Notes under the pieces: model-generated
What the model saw: only the letters and a program-made list of their open reading frames with translations
The model's database searches: none
Told to the model about the DNA's origin: nothing
Position numbers and translations under genes: made by a program
Origin: Octopus sinensis
Taxonomy: Eukaryota
Assembly: GCF_006345805.1 (NCBI RefSeq)
Contig: NC_042999.1
Span: forward strand, 47,802,001-47,866,000
Length of the DNA: 64,000 nt
Direction of reading: 5' to 3'
In this document: positions 1-12,729 of the stretch, piece after piece
Layout: the number at the start of each line of letters is the position of its first letter
Position numbering within the stretch: the first letter of the stretch is position 1

Positions 1-2780
1 AAGGACGGTATTGTACCGTCACCTTAACTTCAAACACGAAGGTTGCAGAGTCAGAGCTAAGCTACGCGCTGGGAAACGAGAAGGTATTAACGTGGCCGGA
101 TGGGCCCGTCGTGTGGAGAGTCAGAGAGGCAACAAAGCCTCAATCAAATCTTTAACTGATGAACAGGGACAAAAGATCTATGGACAGGAGGAGATGCAAA
201 AGTTTCTTCACCAGCATTTCGCCCGCGTGTTCGGGGGTGGTGTGGCGCCGGAGCGGGGAAGGACCTTAAAGGACTTCCTGGCCGGCGGGCCGCGGCTCTC
301 GGGGCGTGAGGCGGAGTGCTGTGAAGGAGCGATCACTCCCGCGGAGATAGAGGGGATACTGGCCGGATGCGCCGGGGAGAAGTCGCCGGGGTTGGATGGT
401 CTGCCCTACGAGTTTTACCAAAGTATGCCGGACTTGTTCGGGGGAATATTGGCAGGCGTCTACACGAACTGGCAGCAGAATGGGAGAATTCCCAGCTCTG
501 TAAGCCGGGGAGTGGTGACGCTAATCCAGAAAGACCCGAGCAAGGGGGATAACATTAGTAACTACAGGCCCATAACTCTACTTAATGTAGAGTTAAAGAT
601 TTTGGCCAAGGTGTTGGCAAAAAGGTTGACGGTTGTCGTGGAGAAACTTGTAGGGAGAGCACAGACATGTGCAATTCCAGGCAGGTCGATCCAGGACAAT
701 CTTCACCTTATACGCTACACCTTAGACAGGGTGGGTAAATTAACCGGCAAGGGAGGGGTAATGGTCCATTTAGACCAAAGTAAAGCGTTCGATAGGGTAG
801 ACCATGAGAACCTGGCGACGGTCCTCGAAGCGGCTGGACTGGGCCCTGAATTTCGCGGGTGGATCTCCGCTATGTATAGCGGCATCAAGTCCACCGTCCA
901 GATAAACGGTTACCTAACGGAACCGTTTTCGATTGAATGTTCAGTTCGTCAAGGGTGCCCCTTGTCACCACTTTTGTACGTGTTGGCTCTTGAGCCTTTG
1001 CTGCGAAAGTTGGAGAGGCTGGGAAGCAACTCGGATGAGATCGGAGGTGGGAGGTCGGTTACTGCTTACGCGGATGACGTCACCCTCATCGTGTCCAATG
1101 AGGCCCAGCTACCTTGTGTGGAAGAGGCTATCAGAGGATACGAGGCGGTGGCAGGAGCAAAGGTTAACAAGGACAAGTCGGTTGGCTTGCGCCTCGGCAC
1201 CTGGAGGAGCAAGTCGATATCGTCCAGCGTCGTGGGACACTGGACGGATGGCCCTGTTAAGTTGCTAGGAGTCTGGTTTGGGCCAGACTCCCAAACGGAG
1301 AGGAACTGGAGTGAGGTGGCGAGCAAGGTGGAGGCCATAGTACGGACCTGGTCCGGAAGGTTTCTGTCCTTGAAAGGAAGGGCGGAGGTGGTACAGATGT
1401 TCATTGCATCTGTAATCACTTACCGCCTGACCGTTGTCCCTTGCCCCGATTCATGGCTTAGCAAGTTGGAGCGAATCCTTTTCCGCTTTTTGTGGAAGGG
1501 AGGAAAGCCACTTGTGAGGCGCTCCGTTTGCTGCCAGGAACCGTTAAAGGGTGGGTTAGGAATGCCTTGGCTGATGATGCGCAGACATGCGTTGAGGCTG
1601 AAGCATCTCTGGCACCACCTGGAGGGTGATAAGGTGTGGAGTCCGCTGGCAGGGAAATTTTTCCCGAGACTGGCCTCCTTAACGGATTTTAAACCCGGTC
1701 GCATCAAAAGATGGAAACTGACTTTGTGGCAAAGGGAGTGCCGACAGGCACTCACGCTGATCCACAAGGCGGGCAAGGCCGGCTGCGGAAATACCACCTC
1801 GGTATTTTATAGAAGGCTGGTAGAGGCAAAAAACGACGACGTCCTAGGAGGGGCTCTGGGGTTTGACGAAGACCAGCTTACCAACCTGTTTAAAAAGACT
1901 TTCAGGACGGGGTACTTGGATAATTTCCAAAGATCCCTGGCCTGGCAGTGTTATAGGAACGCTCTACCTGTTCGCGAGAAGTTATCGCGGCACGGAATTC
2001 CAGTGCCACCGACGTGTCCAAGGTGCGAGTTGGACGATGAAACCGTCCAGCACGCCTTTGTACACTGTCGGAAGTTGTCAGACTTGATAAGTTACGCAGA
2101 ACACGTGTTATCGCATCTAGGACGAGTACAGCTGTCGGCTGAGTCTATGATTAAGATGATACCGCCAACTGGACTCTCGAAGGAAGGTGAGGCATGTTTT
2201 CACTGTACGGTTGCAGTAGTAAAAGAATGCATGTGGAGAACAAGAATGGAAGGAGTCGCGATAGGAACCTTTGTCTCCGGCCCCGGCTTGCTCACTTACT
2301 TCAGATATCATCTGAGGAGCAAAATGGGGCTGGAGAAGAGGAGCTTACCACGGGGTGTGTATGAGAAAAGATGGAAGGAAGTGGAAAGAAAGGTGGGTGT
2401 CAGAAACCCAGCTTAACTATGGAGAGAGGAGAGGAAATAAAAGCTGCGGGGCCTGGTAAATTGCCGGGGTTTGAACTGTGATAAGATGCTACTGGTTATG
2501 TAAAGGACAATTTAGAGACAAATTTTTAATCCAAATGTTACGAAAAATTTTTAAAAAGCGAACCTCTTAATTATTTGTTTTGCATGTATGTTATGTCTTT
2601 GTAATTCTATGTGTAAGATTGTATAATCATAATAAAGAAATTACGACGAATTCTACGGTTGGCTATCGAGCTTGTAATGTTATGTTTTTTCTTATATTTC
2701 TTGAGTTTGTTGCACTGACGAACATGAAATGCATATTCTGCATTAAATGCGAAATCACATTTGATATGTAACTGAATTCT
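1..2780 (+). mobile_element. L1/Tx1-like LINE 3' portion including AT-rich 3' UTR (3' end approximate)
   Basis: GC-rich ORF2 followed by an AT-rich tail. No clear poly(A) was found, so the end is uncertain. Confidence 0.75.
2..2416 (+). CDS. L1/Tx1-clade non-LTR retrotransposon ORF2: RT domain plus C-terminal zf-RVT-like region; 5' part lies outside the window
   Basis: Stop-free frame from the window edge to TAA at 2414-2416. RT motifs KSPGLDGLPYEFY, NYRPITLLNVELKILAKVLAKRL, LDQSKAFDRVDH, RQGCPLSPLLY, AYADD, KLLGVWF; C-terminal CPRC..ETVQHAFVHC. Confidence 0.95.
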   Translation, partial: RTVLYRHLNFKHEGCRVRAKLRAGKREGINVAGWARRVESQRGNKASIKSLTDEQGQKIYGQEEMQKFLHQHFARVFGGGVAPERGRTLKDFLAGGPRLSGREAECCEGAITPAEIEGILAGCAGEKSPGLDGLPYEFYQSMPDLFGGILAGVYTNWQQNGRIPSSVSRGVVTLIQKDPSKGDNISNYRPITLLNVELKILAKVLAKRLTVVVEKLVGRAQTCAIPGRSIQDNLHLIRYTLDRVGKLTGKGGVMVHLDQSKAFDRVDHENLATVLEAAGLGPEFRGWISAMYSGIKSTVQINGYLTEPFSIECSVRQGCPLSPLLYVLALEPLLRKLERLGSNSDEIGGGRSVTAYADDVTLIVSNEAQLPCVEEAIRGYEAVAGAKVNKDKSVGLRLGTWRSKSISSSVVGHWTDGPVKLLGVWFGPDSQTERNWSEVASKVEAIVRTWSGRFLSLKGRAEVVQMFIASVITYRLTVVPCPDSWLSKLERILFRFLWKGGKPLVRRSVCCQEPLKGGLGMPWLMMRRHALRLKHLWHHLEGDKVWSPLAGKFFPRLASLTDFKPGRIKRWKLTLWQRECRQALTLIHKAGKAGCGNTTSVFYRRLVEAKNDDVLGGALGFDEDQLTNLFKKTFRTGYLDNFQRSLAWQCYRNALPVREKLSRHGIPVPPTCPRCELDDETVQHAFVHCRKLSDLISYAEHVLSHLGRVQLSAESMIKMIPPTGLSKEGEACFHCTVAVVKECMWRTRMEGVAIGTFVSGPGLLTYFRYHLRSKMGLEKRSLPRGVYEKRWKEVERKVGVRNPA

Positions 2781-3008
2781 TTTTTAAAATTATGTGTTTT
2801 GAAGTTTTGCATTCGGTAAAATTTTGTTTATTTTTAGTAGTTTTGACCGCATTGGTCCCTCTTAGCGTGTTGGTATCTACGAATAGTAGTCCCCTCAATA
2901 TAATATAAATGAATATTTTCAAAGAGGAAGAATTTACGGATTTTTTCTCTTACGAGGTTTTTCACGCTGACTACTGATAATTTCTTTTAAAGATTTTATC
3001 CTCAATTG

Positions 3009-3054
<46 letters not shown>

Positions 3055-5414
3055 TTTATGCATATATTTATCATGATTCCTGATGTAAAACCGAGTGTTG
3101 AAACAGGTATTGTTATATTTCGAGATGTTCATTATTTTTCTCAAATAAACTCATGCACTATATATTCGTTTTTTCTCAAGAGAGATAACCTTGATATAAT
3201 GAGAGTCCGTGGTTCATCTAGACATGCCTTGGACGAGTCAGTTAAATATATAATTCTGAAAATACACACCAGGTCGTTCTGTCTCTAATACAGAATCATA
3301 TATTATGATTATAGCCATAGCTATAAGTACAAACATTTAAACATTTATTCAGGGCTCGGACATCATATAGGATTTAAGTGTCACATTCAGTTTTCCCCCA
3401 CCAAATAGATAAATGTGACATTGAAGTCTCACTGGTCATGAACCATCAACCGGTGAACCTTCCAATTTACTCTCTACATTTACTTAGAAAAGAATTTTAT
3501 CTATCTATCTATCTGTTTGTCTGTCTATCTTCTATCACGATATATACATGTGTGTGCGTGTGTGTGTGTCTATGTGGAAACTGTAGAATCTCTGCTCCAT
3601 GCAAACTTCCCTTTAATTGACATGCTTCACATATATGAGAAGAAATGCGAAAGAAGAATAACAGAAACTATATGACACAATGAGTCTTAGGTAATCGATA
3701 TTGTTCAAGAAATAAGAATATTTCTAAAAATGGCAAAGCATTTTACTATTGAACTTTTTAAACTTCATTTTCGTAAGTCTGTTTTTTTCTTCTCTTTTAC
3801 TTGGTTTTGTAATACTCTTACATTGTTTTCATGTTCTATAGTTTCTGCATTTTTTCTGCATTTCTTTATTCATATCTCAGCTTCAGTTTCTTTGTTCTCC
3901 CTGTTGAGTGAGTAATATAGCTATATAATGCATACTACATCTAGTCTTGTTTTGGCTTTTTGCTATGTTGCTATCCCATCCATTGCTGTTACTTCTACTG
4001 CGAAAATGAAAAAAAAAATATATTAAGACAGTATTCGTTTGCTTACTATAGAGAGTTTGTTAAAGTTATTGTTCAATTTCTTCATATACGCTGCTCTTAA
4101 CGTTCTACAATTGTACTAATGGTGATATATATAATGTTGACACAAGGTCAGGCGACACGTTGTGAGAAAGTACGTTTTATATTTATAGACGTCGCTGCTT
4201 GACTGATATTTATTTTCTTGGTGAATAAATGTTCAAATTTGCCCTAGGTAAAATCTGAACGAAGAACATAACGTTAAATAATAAATTAATTTCAATCCAC
4301 TTTTGGTCAATTCTTTACCGATATTATTAAATGGAAAAACATATAATTAAATTAAAGAATCGCAGTATCCTTGATAATAGTGACATGAAGGTATAAATTG
4401 TTAATAATATATAATAATATATATCACATATCAATATATAATAATAAATTATATAATGCATATTATTATATGTTTAATATTCTTTCTAATCATGGTGCTG
4501 TTGCAACAATATTGTGAAAAGATGTAAGCTGGTTACATCGACTCTAGTATTTAATTGATACTTTATTTTATTGAACGCAGAAGAATGAAAGGCAAAGTAG
4601 ACTTCAGTAGGATTTGAACTCAGAGCATGATTAGCGAGTATGAATAGTCCTAAACAATATGTGCGTCGCGCTATCAATAAAAGATAAAATATAATTCTTC
4701 CTACTATACGCACAAGGCCTTACATTTGAGAGGAGGGGCAAATCGATTGCATCCACTTCAGTACGTATCTGGTAATTATTCATTCCATCGTCACCGAAAG
4801 GATGAACGGTACAGTTGAACTCGGCGGAATTTAATAGATGTATAATAATGTTATCTATAATTATAAAATAGGCATGGTGACAAAAAACTTTGTAAGGGAA
4901 ATTAGCTTATTAAATCATGCGGAGTATCTGATTGACACGTTTCTTTTTTTTTATGGATGGGATTTGAACTCAGGACTTAAAGAACTATATCAGCAGTTGA
5001 TTTTATGTGACGCCTTGCGGATTCTCTGCAACTGATCCCAAAGATTTTGCCTTCTCCAGCAATATACATGAAATTGTGGTTACTAATCTAAACCAGCAAC
5101 TGTTGCGCGGGTAGAAGAGTCACTCGATATCGCTAACACCAGTAACTGAACAGTGTATTATTTTAGCATCTCCGGTAAGATGACAGGCAAAAAATAGGCT
5201 TTGGTGGTTTTGAAATCGGTATTAAATAAAACCACAGAAGAAATACCGAGCAGCAACTTTTCTGACACTTTAACGATTCTACCACATCACCACTCATACC
5301 ATTCGTAATCACATTTTCTGATTTACGAACAAGGGGCGCGATTTTATGATTAGTCGATATCATTGACTGAATATATGGCTGGAGCTTTATTTAATTAAGC
5401 CTTAAATGATAAAA

Positions 5415-5665
5415 AAATAAATAATAAATGCGCCCTTTAAAAGCCTAGCCAGGCTCATGAACCCGGTTTCCCGGTTTCTATGGCGTATGTGTTCCCCAGC
5501 TGGACAGGACGCCAGTCAATCACATCGTTAATCATTTTTGGACTGGAGCAACGTGAAATGAATTGTTTTGCTCAAGAACACAACGCGTCGCCCAGACCAG
5601 GATTCGAAACCACAATCTTACGATCATGGTGCTGACACCCTAATCACTAAACCACGCGCCTCCAC
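5415..5665 (-). mobile_element. tRNA-derived SINE (family E; central domain resembles V-/Meta-SINE cores)
   Basis: Minus strand has an A-box-like TGGTTTAGTG and a B-box-like GGTTTCGAATCC, then GTTGTGTTCTTGAGCAA. 12-bp TSD taaatgataaaa at 5403-5414 and 5666-5677. Confidence 0.8.
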
Positions 5666-6733
5666 TAAATGATAAAAGGAAAAGTTAAAATCGGCAAGCT
5701 TGAACTTGGAACAAATAGCTAAACATTTTCTCGACGTTCTAACACTTTCTGCCAGCTCGCTTCCTTATCATATAATTAAAAGCTATAGTAATTAATAATA
5801 GCCGTATTAATCATATTTTAATATATGGTAACACAAGTACAGAAAATGTTTGGGTGGGAACAATCGATTATATCGATTTCATTACTTGATTCATACATAA
5901 TTTAATCATACACGGAAAGATGAAAGGCAAAATTGCTCTCGATGAGAACTGTGATCATAACATAAAAGTTCCTTATGGCGAAAACATTTGTATTTATAGT
6001 AAAAAAAATAACAAATTAAATGTAGATGGTTGAAGGGTTTATGTCGACTCGGTACATCACGACCTCTTATTTTCATTTCACAATCACCACCGTTAGGAAC
6101 ATTCTGGCCATGTGCCAAAATTTGAAACCAATATACCAAAATACTTCATTAGTAGTGAAATATAGAAACCACAGTTGTCCTCAGATTTTATACTCCGAAT
6201 GCGTAAAGAGCAAAGAATTGTTAGTAGGCTCATACTTATCCTACCTGTCAAAGAGGCGTTGATATATACACTTATAATAAAACGGATTATCGATTCAAAT
6301 GATATGAATATCGTATCAAATTTGTGGAAGCTGTCACTAAAATAGCAATAGTCAGAAATTCAGTGGGAAGGTTTGAATCGATTAAAATGACATTAGTATT
6401 TGACAAAGAACTTTTTGTTATGTACCCAAAAACAATGAAAGGAAATCGTTAAAACAAATACTGAATTTTAATTTTTTTTTCCCGTCTCGAACGATTCTGC
6501 CAATCCACTTCCTTTTAGTAGTTGTACTAACATGATTGCTTTCAAACAGAGACACAAATATCAAATATTATGAGAGCCTTACCGTTATTCGGGACTTCGA
6601 CAACTAATGGTAACTTTGTAACATATAGCGTATTGAGCAGGTCTAATCATTGCAGATTTCTTCTATGTAGATATATAGATACATACATGCATACATAGAT
6701 AAATAGATAGATAGTTTGTCGGTCATTTTCTTA

Positions 6734-6873
6734 TTTCTTTTTTGCCCATAAGGGGCTAAACATAGAGGGGACAAACAAGGACAGACAAAGGGATTAAGTC
6801 GATTACATCAACTCCAGTGCAAAACTGGTACTTATTTTATCGACCCTGAAAAGGTGAAAGGATGAAAGGCAAG
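6734..6873 (-). mobile_element. SINE family A, 3' fragment
   Basis: Reverse complement of the body of the copies at 8422 and 58228. Confidence 0.85.
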
Positions 6874-8421
6874 AAATATGGTGAACGAGTGGAGGATAGA
6901 GATGTGTGTTGAATAAGTCATGGTGGATGTTGTCTGTCCTTGTTTGTCCCTTCTATGTTTAGCCCCTAGATAGACAGAAGGAAAGGAAGTTAGTTAGATA
7001 GATATATAGTTTGAGATAAATAGAGAGGGAATACTTTATTTATCGACGCCTTCAGGAACACATTCAATATTGACGTGAACAGGATGTTGTACGCCTTGCC
7101 GTTGAAAGAATACGGCAACGTATTCTATTCCAATGATCTAATAGTCCTTCCTATCAGCCAACATAGCGTGCAAGAGAAATAGTTAATAAATCCATTAAAT
7201 CGTGTGAAGTACAGTTTTATATTTTCAATCTGAAAAAGGGGTTCTGACCTTGATGTGCACACACCTTCTGAGTAGAGTCGTATTGAAAATACGGCTGGTA
7301 TTCAGCTTGGCATCTCCAAGTGAATGACTTAAAGTAAAGTGGAAAAGCAAGGGATTTTGAATCAATGTTTAGTTATTGATTAGACTCAGTTCGGCCCTGG
7401 TAAAGCAGTTTTATGGTCATGGAAATGCTACTTAAGACAATCTCCCTTTTCTTTTATACAGGAAAACCAGTGTGATTATTTCTCTCTAAAAGTTTGGTGT
7501 GTAAACTGGTAAATTTGTTAACTGTATGTAACCGGTCAAGTTCCTACTTAGAAGATTCTCCTTTCGCTTAGTGTCGAGCCTAGGTAGAGAAAAATATGAT
7601 GAACGAGTGGAGGATATAGATGTGTGTTGAACAAGTCGTGGTGGATGTTGTACGGGAGAATATAATATTGGGAAGTAGAGATTGTTGCAGGAGTACTAGA
7701 TAAACATGACTGAGAGTCAGTGCATTTCTTGGATAGAAATTGGAGTTTGATGTTAATAGGTTGTTGCCAGTAAACTGCATAGCTTTCTTTTCAATTTGTG
7801 TTGCAGCATGTGCATATTTTATTTGGGACTGACGTAGTATGACCGAATGGTTAAAAATGTAACTACGAAATTACGGCCTGTCGTGTTATATGTAATTGGG
7901 TCGTAGCACCCGAGTTATTTGAATGAGACTGTTTCAACTGACCCCATCGGACTGTCACATTTAATTCAAAAATAGCCCTCTCACAATGTGTAACACTGAT
8001 TCACACTGGCTCAAAATGTAACAATACCATAATCCAGAAAATTAATGTATTCTATAAGTGTCTTCTGAACACTCAGCCACTCCATACGCTATTTTAGTAT
8101 GCTGGTATATCCATTCATCTATTTATCAATACTAGTGACGATACACTTACTTATGTGGCACAAGTGTCTTGCGTTATGCCGGAGAAGAGGACCATTCACT
8201 GCTGCTTTCATCTCTCCGGAAAGATGTAAAACGTTGTAGTGCATTTGAACATAATACAAGAAAAAGTAGATATAAAACTAGAGTATATTTATCCAAGATT
8301 ATGTAACAAAATCACTAGATAAGACAATATTTTACACTGACCCCAGCACATCACTAGTATTTATTTTCTTAACTATGTACTGATACAGGAAAAGTTGAAA
8401 TCGTCAATATTTAAATACAGA

Positions 8422-8975
8422 AAGGCGGCGAGCTGGCAGAAACGTCAGCACGCCGGGCGAAATGTTTAGCGGTATTTCGTCTGCCGCTACCTTCTGAGTT
8501 CAAATTCCGCCGAAGCCGATTTGCCTTTCATCCTTTCGGGGCCGATTAAATAAGTACCAGTTACGCATTGGGGTCGATATAATCGACTTAATCCGTTTGA
8601 CTGTCGTTTTTGTCCTCTCTGTGTTTAGCCCCTTGTGGGGAATAAAGAAATAGGTATTTGCTCTGTCGTTATGTTCTGAGTTCAAATTCCGCCGAGGTCG
8701 ACTTTGCCTTTCATTCTTTCGGGGTCAATTAAATAAGTACCAGTTACGCACTGGGGTCGATGTAATCGACTTAATCAATTTGTCTGTCCTTGTTTGTTTC
8801 CTCTGTGTTTAGCCCCTTGTGGGTAGTAAAGAAATAGGTATTTCGTCTGTCTTTACGTTCCACCGAGGTCGACTTTGCCTTTCATCCTTTCCGGGTCGAT
8901 AAATAAAGTACCAATTGCGTAATGGTGTTGATCCCCTTCCCCAAAATTTCTAGCCTTGTGTCTAGAGTAGAAAAG
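8422..8975 (+). mobile_element. SINE family A, trimeric copy (tRNA-like head plus three ~183-bp units)
   Basis: Head ggcggcgagctggcagaa; B-box-like gagttcaaattcc; units start at 8471, 8653, 8837; 16-bp TSD aatatttaaatacaga at 8406-8421 and 8976-8991. Confidence 0.9.
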
Positions 8976-11900
8976 AATATTTAAATACAGATTATAAAGA
9001 GATGTAACTGAATAAACTCACGACCATTCTTACAATTCACCCACACTTTCCTCACTTCGCTTCTATTGCTATATCAGTCATTCGGTTCTACATTTTAGGT
9101 GAAAAAGCTTTTCTTTGACGTGTATTGTCTGTAGTCTCCTTCTTGTTGCCGTAGCTATTTGTCTGCTGCTGCTGCTATAACTTCGTCTGCTTTGTCTAAT
9201 CTATTGCTAAAACCAATAACAGCAAAATTCTAAGACAATATTCTTTTGATTTTTTTTCAATTGCTTCTTCCGGCAAAACTTTCGTTTCTACATGTACTTG
9301 TTCTTCGCTTTCAACCGTTTTACCACTTCTTTCCGATTTGATCCACAGTGGTCTTTGGTTTCTGTTCAATCATTTTAAAAAGTTGCAACGAAATATTTAA
9401 AATTGTATATAATTAATCAATTACGTGAGATGAAACTGGAAACATGAGATCCCTGTTAATTAATAAAATTAGAGTTTTCAGAAAACAGACCTTGAAAAAT
9501 TTTGGGTTCTGTGAGAAAGTTCTTTTAATAAAGGTATTGGAAAAAAATCATTGCTTTATGTCAATGTTGATTATTAACATAGGTAAGCAATGATATATTT
9601 CAGAAGGTGTATCGTCCTGAATCGACTATAAAGAGTACGGTGCTTCTAGAGCCAAGTTTCTGATCCTAGCCAGAGGATCTTATTGGATTTTTACATTAGA
9701 CGGATGTTACTAATTAATATATAATGCATTTTTTCTGATACACTACTACTAAATCTTGAAGTTTACTGATCTTTAAAGTGGATTTTCTCTGTCGGTACAT
9801 GACCACAAACATTGAATAATGAATGAAATGGATATAAAGAAATCGATCTACAGGGGTGCAAATGCGTGAAACAAATTTTTTTGTAGGTATTCCGTGTGTA
9901 CATACTCGCTAATATCTACATCAGTAGATATTTAACGTTATTATCCTTATTTTATACAAATTAGGTGACAGTAAATCAAGGAAAGTGACTGATGACAACT
10001 GAACCGAAAAAGCAGATGCTAATACAGTTAAGTATTTTGTTTTGAAAATCCTGCAACCTAGAAACTGAAAATGTATCTGTTTAAGACATTACGATTTTGT
10101 TTAGGAAACAACTTTTTTGACATTTGGTAGCACGGAATTATCTTGGCACATTTTTAAAATGCAAAATCTATCCTTCTCAAAATAAGAATATTATTGACGT
10201 CTTTCAACTTGGATGAAGGAAAACAGGTTTTATAGGTGATACTTTTGCACCTTTCGTGTTTCAAGAAGGCAACATAACGTTGATTCACTAAACTTCCGCG
10301 TAGGACACATCAAGATGAATATATTATTCTATGCATTTGCAATTTCAGTATGTAGAGCTACTCAAAGTTCCTCAAAGACTTCCATCATTCAGTGTTGGTC
10401 ATGTATTCGTACATGTATGTAAAGAATAAAACACTATTCTTTTTAGGAATAATCTGCAAGAAATTTACTTCTCTGCCAAATACCGATGTTTATGCATTGG
10501 TAAGGTCTGCCGAATTGGGTTAATACAACTTGTTTCTGTAGTGGCAATGTCTGCTCTCAGAACGCAAAGGAAATGAACAAATAGAGAAATGAACATTTTA
10601 CAGATTTGCCTCTAAAAATCTGGGGTTGAAAATATTTTAATCAACTCGAAAACATCGAAAAGGAGATCTGAACCTGTCGTCTTTTGAACTCAGAAAACAG
10701 AGTCAGAACAAATAAAACAAAGTGTTCTATCGCGTGTTCTAATAACAATACCTATGCACTGGCTTAATGCCTCAAATACTTGCGTGAATAATACTAATAA
10801 TAATACGGATGAACATTGTAAAGCATTTTCAGATAAAATCCATTGACATGGACAAGGGATCTTGCAATGAGATTAATAATGAAATTAAATCAGATTAACA
10901 TTTCTTTTTAGGATTTCCTGTATTACAGAAAAGTCTCAGATAATTATTAAATTAGACAATTTTTTGCTATAATTAGATGTGAAACGTAAATCACTCTAAA
11001 ACTGATGAGTCTTGGATTCCAATTTGATAGATCGCTTCATGTTGGGTTATCTACAGTTAAAAATATATTTTGAGGGATTATGCATAAGTGTATAAATCAA
11101 ACATCTTTTTCAGTCTTAGCCTTTAGATATATTTCGCCTAATGATATTTATGTAATTCAGTATTATATAGAGGTTTGATACACAAATGTTGTCTCGCAGA
11201 TAAGCCGACTAAATGGGAGTGGTCTGTTTTTTCTTCCTTTTCTGATATTTTCAACAAAGGAAATCTTGCATCTGATCGTTTTTAGATTGTTTTTTTCCAT
11301 TAATTTTGCCAATTTGCTAAACCAAATCAAATTATCACATAAGTAATTACGGTTCGACAGAAAGGAAAGAGTTTCAATTCTTTTATAGACATTCGCTTTC
11401 TTTTCGAATGGCAGTATAATTTTCTGTGTTGTTCTAAAGAGATTGATTCAGAACATAAGAAACATTCATAAAATCAACAGTCTGCTATATTTATTAATTA
11501 GAATTCAAAGTGATTAAAAATAATCCCCAGAAGAAAAAAATTCTCATATAAAATTCAAAGGTTTCATTGTGGATAAATGAAAGTAAATTTTAGTTTTTGA
11601 TTTTGAAGAAGACTTGATTGAATTTACTATACTAAATAAATCAATTTTCGTAGGCGATATTTCAACAATTAAAACTGTGTTCAAAGAAATAATTTACAAT
11701 TTTCAAATATAAAACGTTCGACACACAAAAACTGTAATTCGAAAGGGTCTCTCTGGAAACTAATGCGATTTAGGTCAAAGCAGCAAACACTCGAATAGAC
11801 CAGCACACGTATTACTGATTTATATCTGATAAACATACCGCGCTTTCGGTGGCTATTCGTACATTTCGAACGAAAGGTATAAAAAGCGATATATGCTCAT

Positions 11901-12335
11901 CTTTTTCTGCCTTTCGTACTATTTTGTTACAATAATGGATTCCTTCTATGTCAGGAAGTCTGATACGCTTGTTATAGAAGAAACAAGATCGTGTGAGGAG
12001 CATACATTTTCTGAGAAACATAAATGTAAGCGTAGCTGAACGTCAAAATAGTGATGTTTCACAGATATCATGTCACTAATTTACAACCACCTTGATTTAT
12101 TGATGCAAAAATACATTTATAATCGAGAAAAATCTAAGATATTAGCGGAGCTTTGGTGTGTAGCTCACAATAATCTGTCATAGAAAGCAAACAGAATCTG
12201 AATCTTCGTGTTCAGATTCACAGATAGGACACTTTTTACGCAGCTTCTAATAATTTCATGTCGTTTTTAAAATTTTTACATAGTTCACAAAAATGTAATA
12301 ACTTCACCTCACCAGTAATACCATGCTTCTTTCAG

Positions 12336-12729
12336 TAGTGGCTGCGTGGTAAGTGGCTAGCTTACCAACCACATGGTTCCGGGTTCATTCCCACTGCGTG
12401 GTACCTTGGGCAACTGTCTTCTACAATAGCCTCGGGGCGACCAAAGTCTTGTGAGTGGATTTGGTTGACGGAAACTGAAAGAAGCCCATCATATGTATAT
12501 ATATGAATGTGTGTGTATTTATGTGTTTGTGTTTGTCCCCCCAACATCGCATGACAACCGATGCTGGTGTGTTTACGTACACGTAACTTAGCGGTTCTGC
12601 AAAAGAGACCGATAGAATAAGTACTAGGCTTACAAAGAATAAGTTCTGGGGTCGATTTGCTCGACTAAAGGCGGTGCTCCAGCATGGTCACAGTCAAATG
12701 ACTGAAACAAGTAAAAGAGTAAAAGAAAA
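12336..12729 (+). mobile_element. tRNA-derived SINE family B with internal (TA)/(TG) tract
   Basis: A-box-like tggctgcgtgg, B-box-like gggttcattcc, core accttgggcaa, tail aagtaaaagagt; about ten related copies in the window. Confidence 0.9.

Noticed and set aside
367-2311. Alternative-frame and antisense ORFs inside the LINE
   Set aside because: Shadows of a GC-rich coding sequence with no independent motifs.
3075-3115. CTGATGT..GAAACAGGTA hammerhead-like string in a family D fragment
   Set aside because: A9 is absent, stem II is weak and stem I does not pair; too degenerate to call.
9050-9380. Glu/Lys-rich open stretches on the minus strand
   Set aside because: Interrupted by stops in all frames, with no splice framework or homology recognised.
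12336-12410. tRNA-like heads with A and B boxes
   Set aside because: They continue into SINE bodies and do not fold into a full cloverleaf, so they are not tRNA genes.
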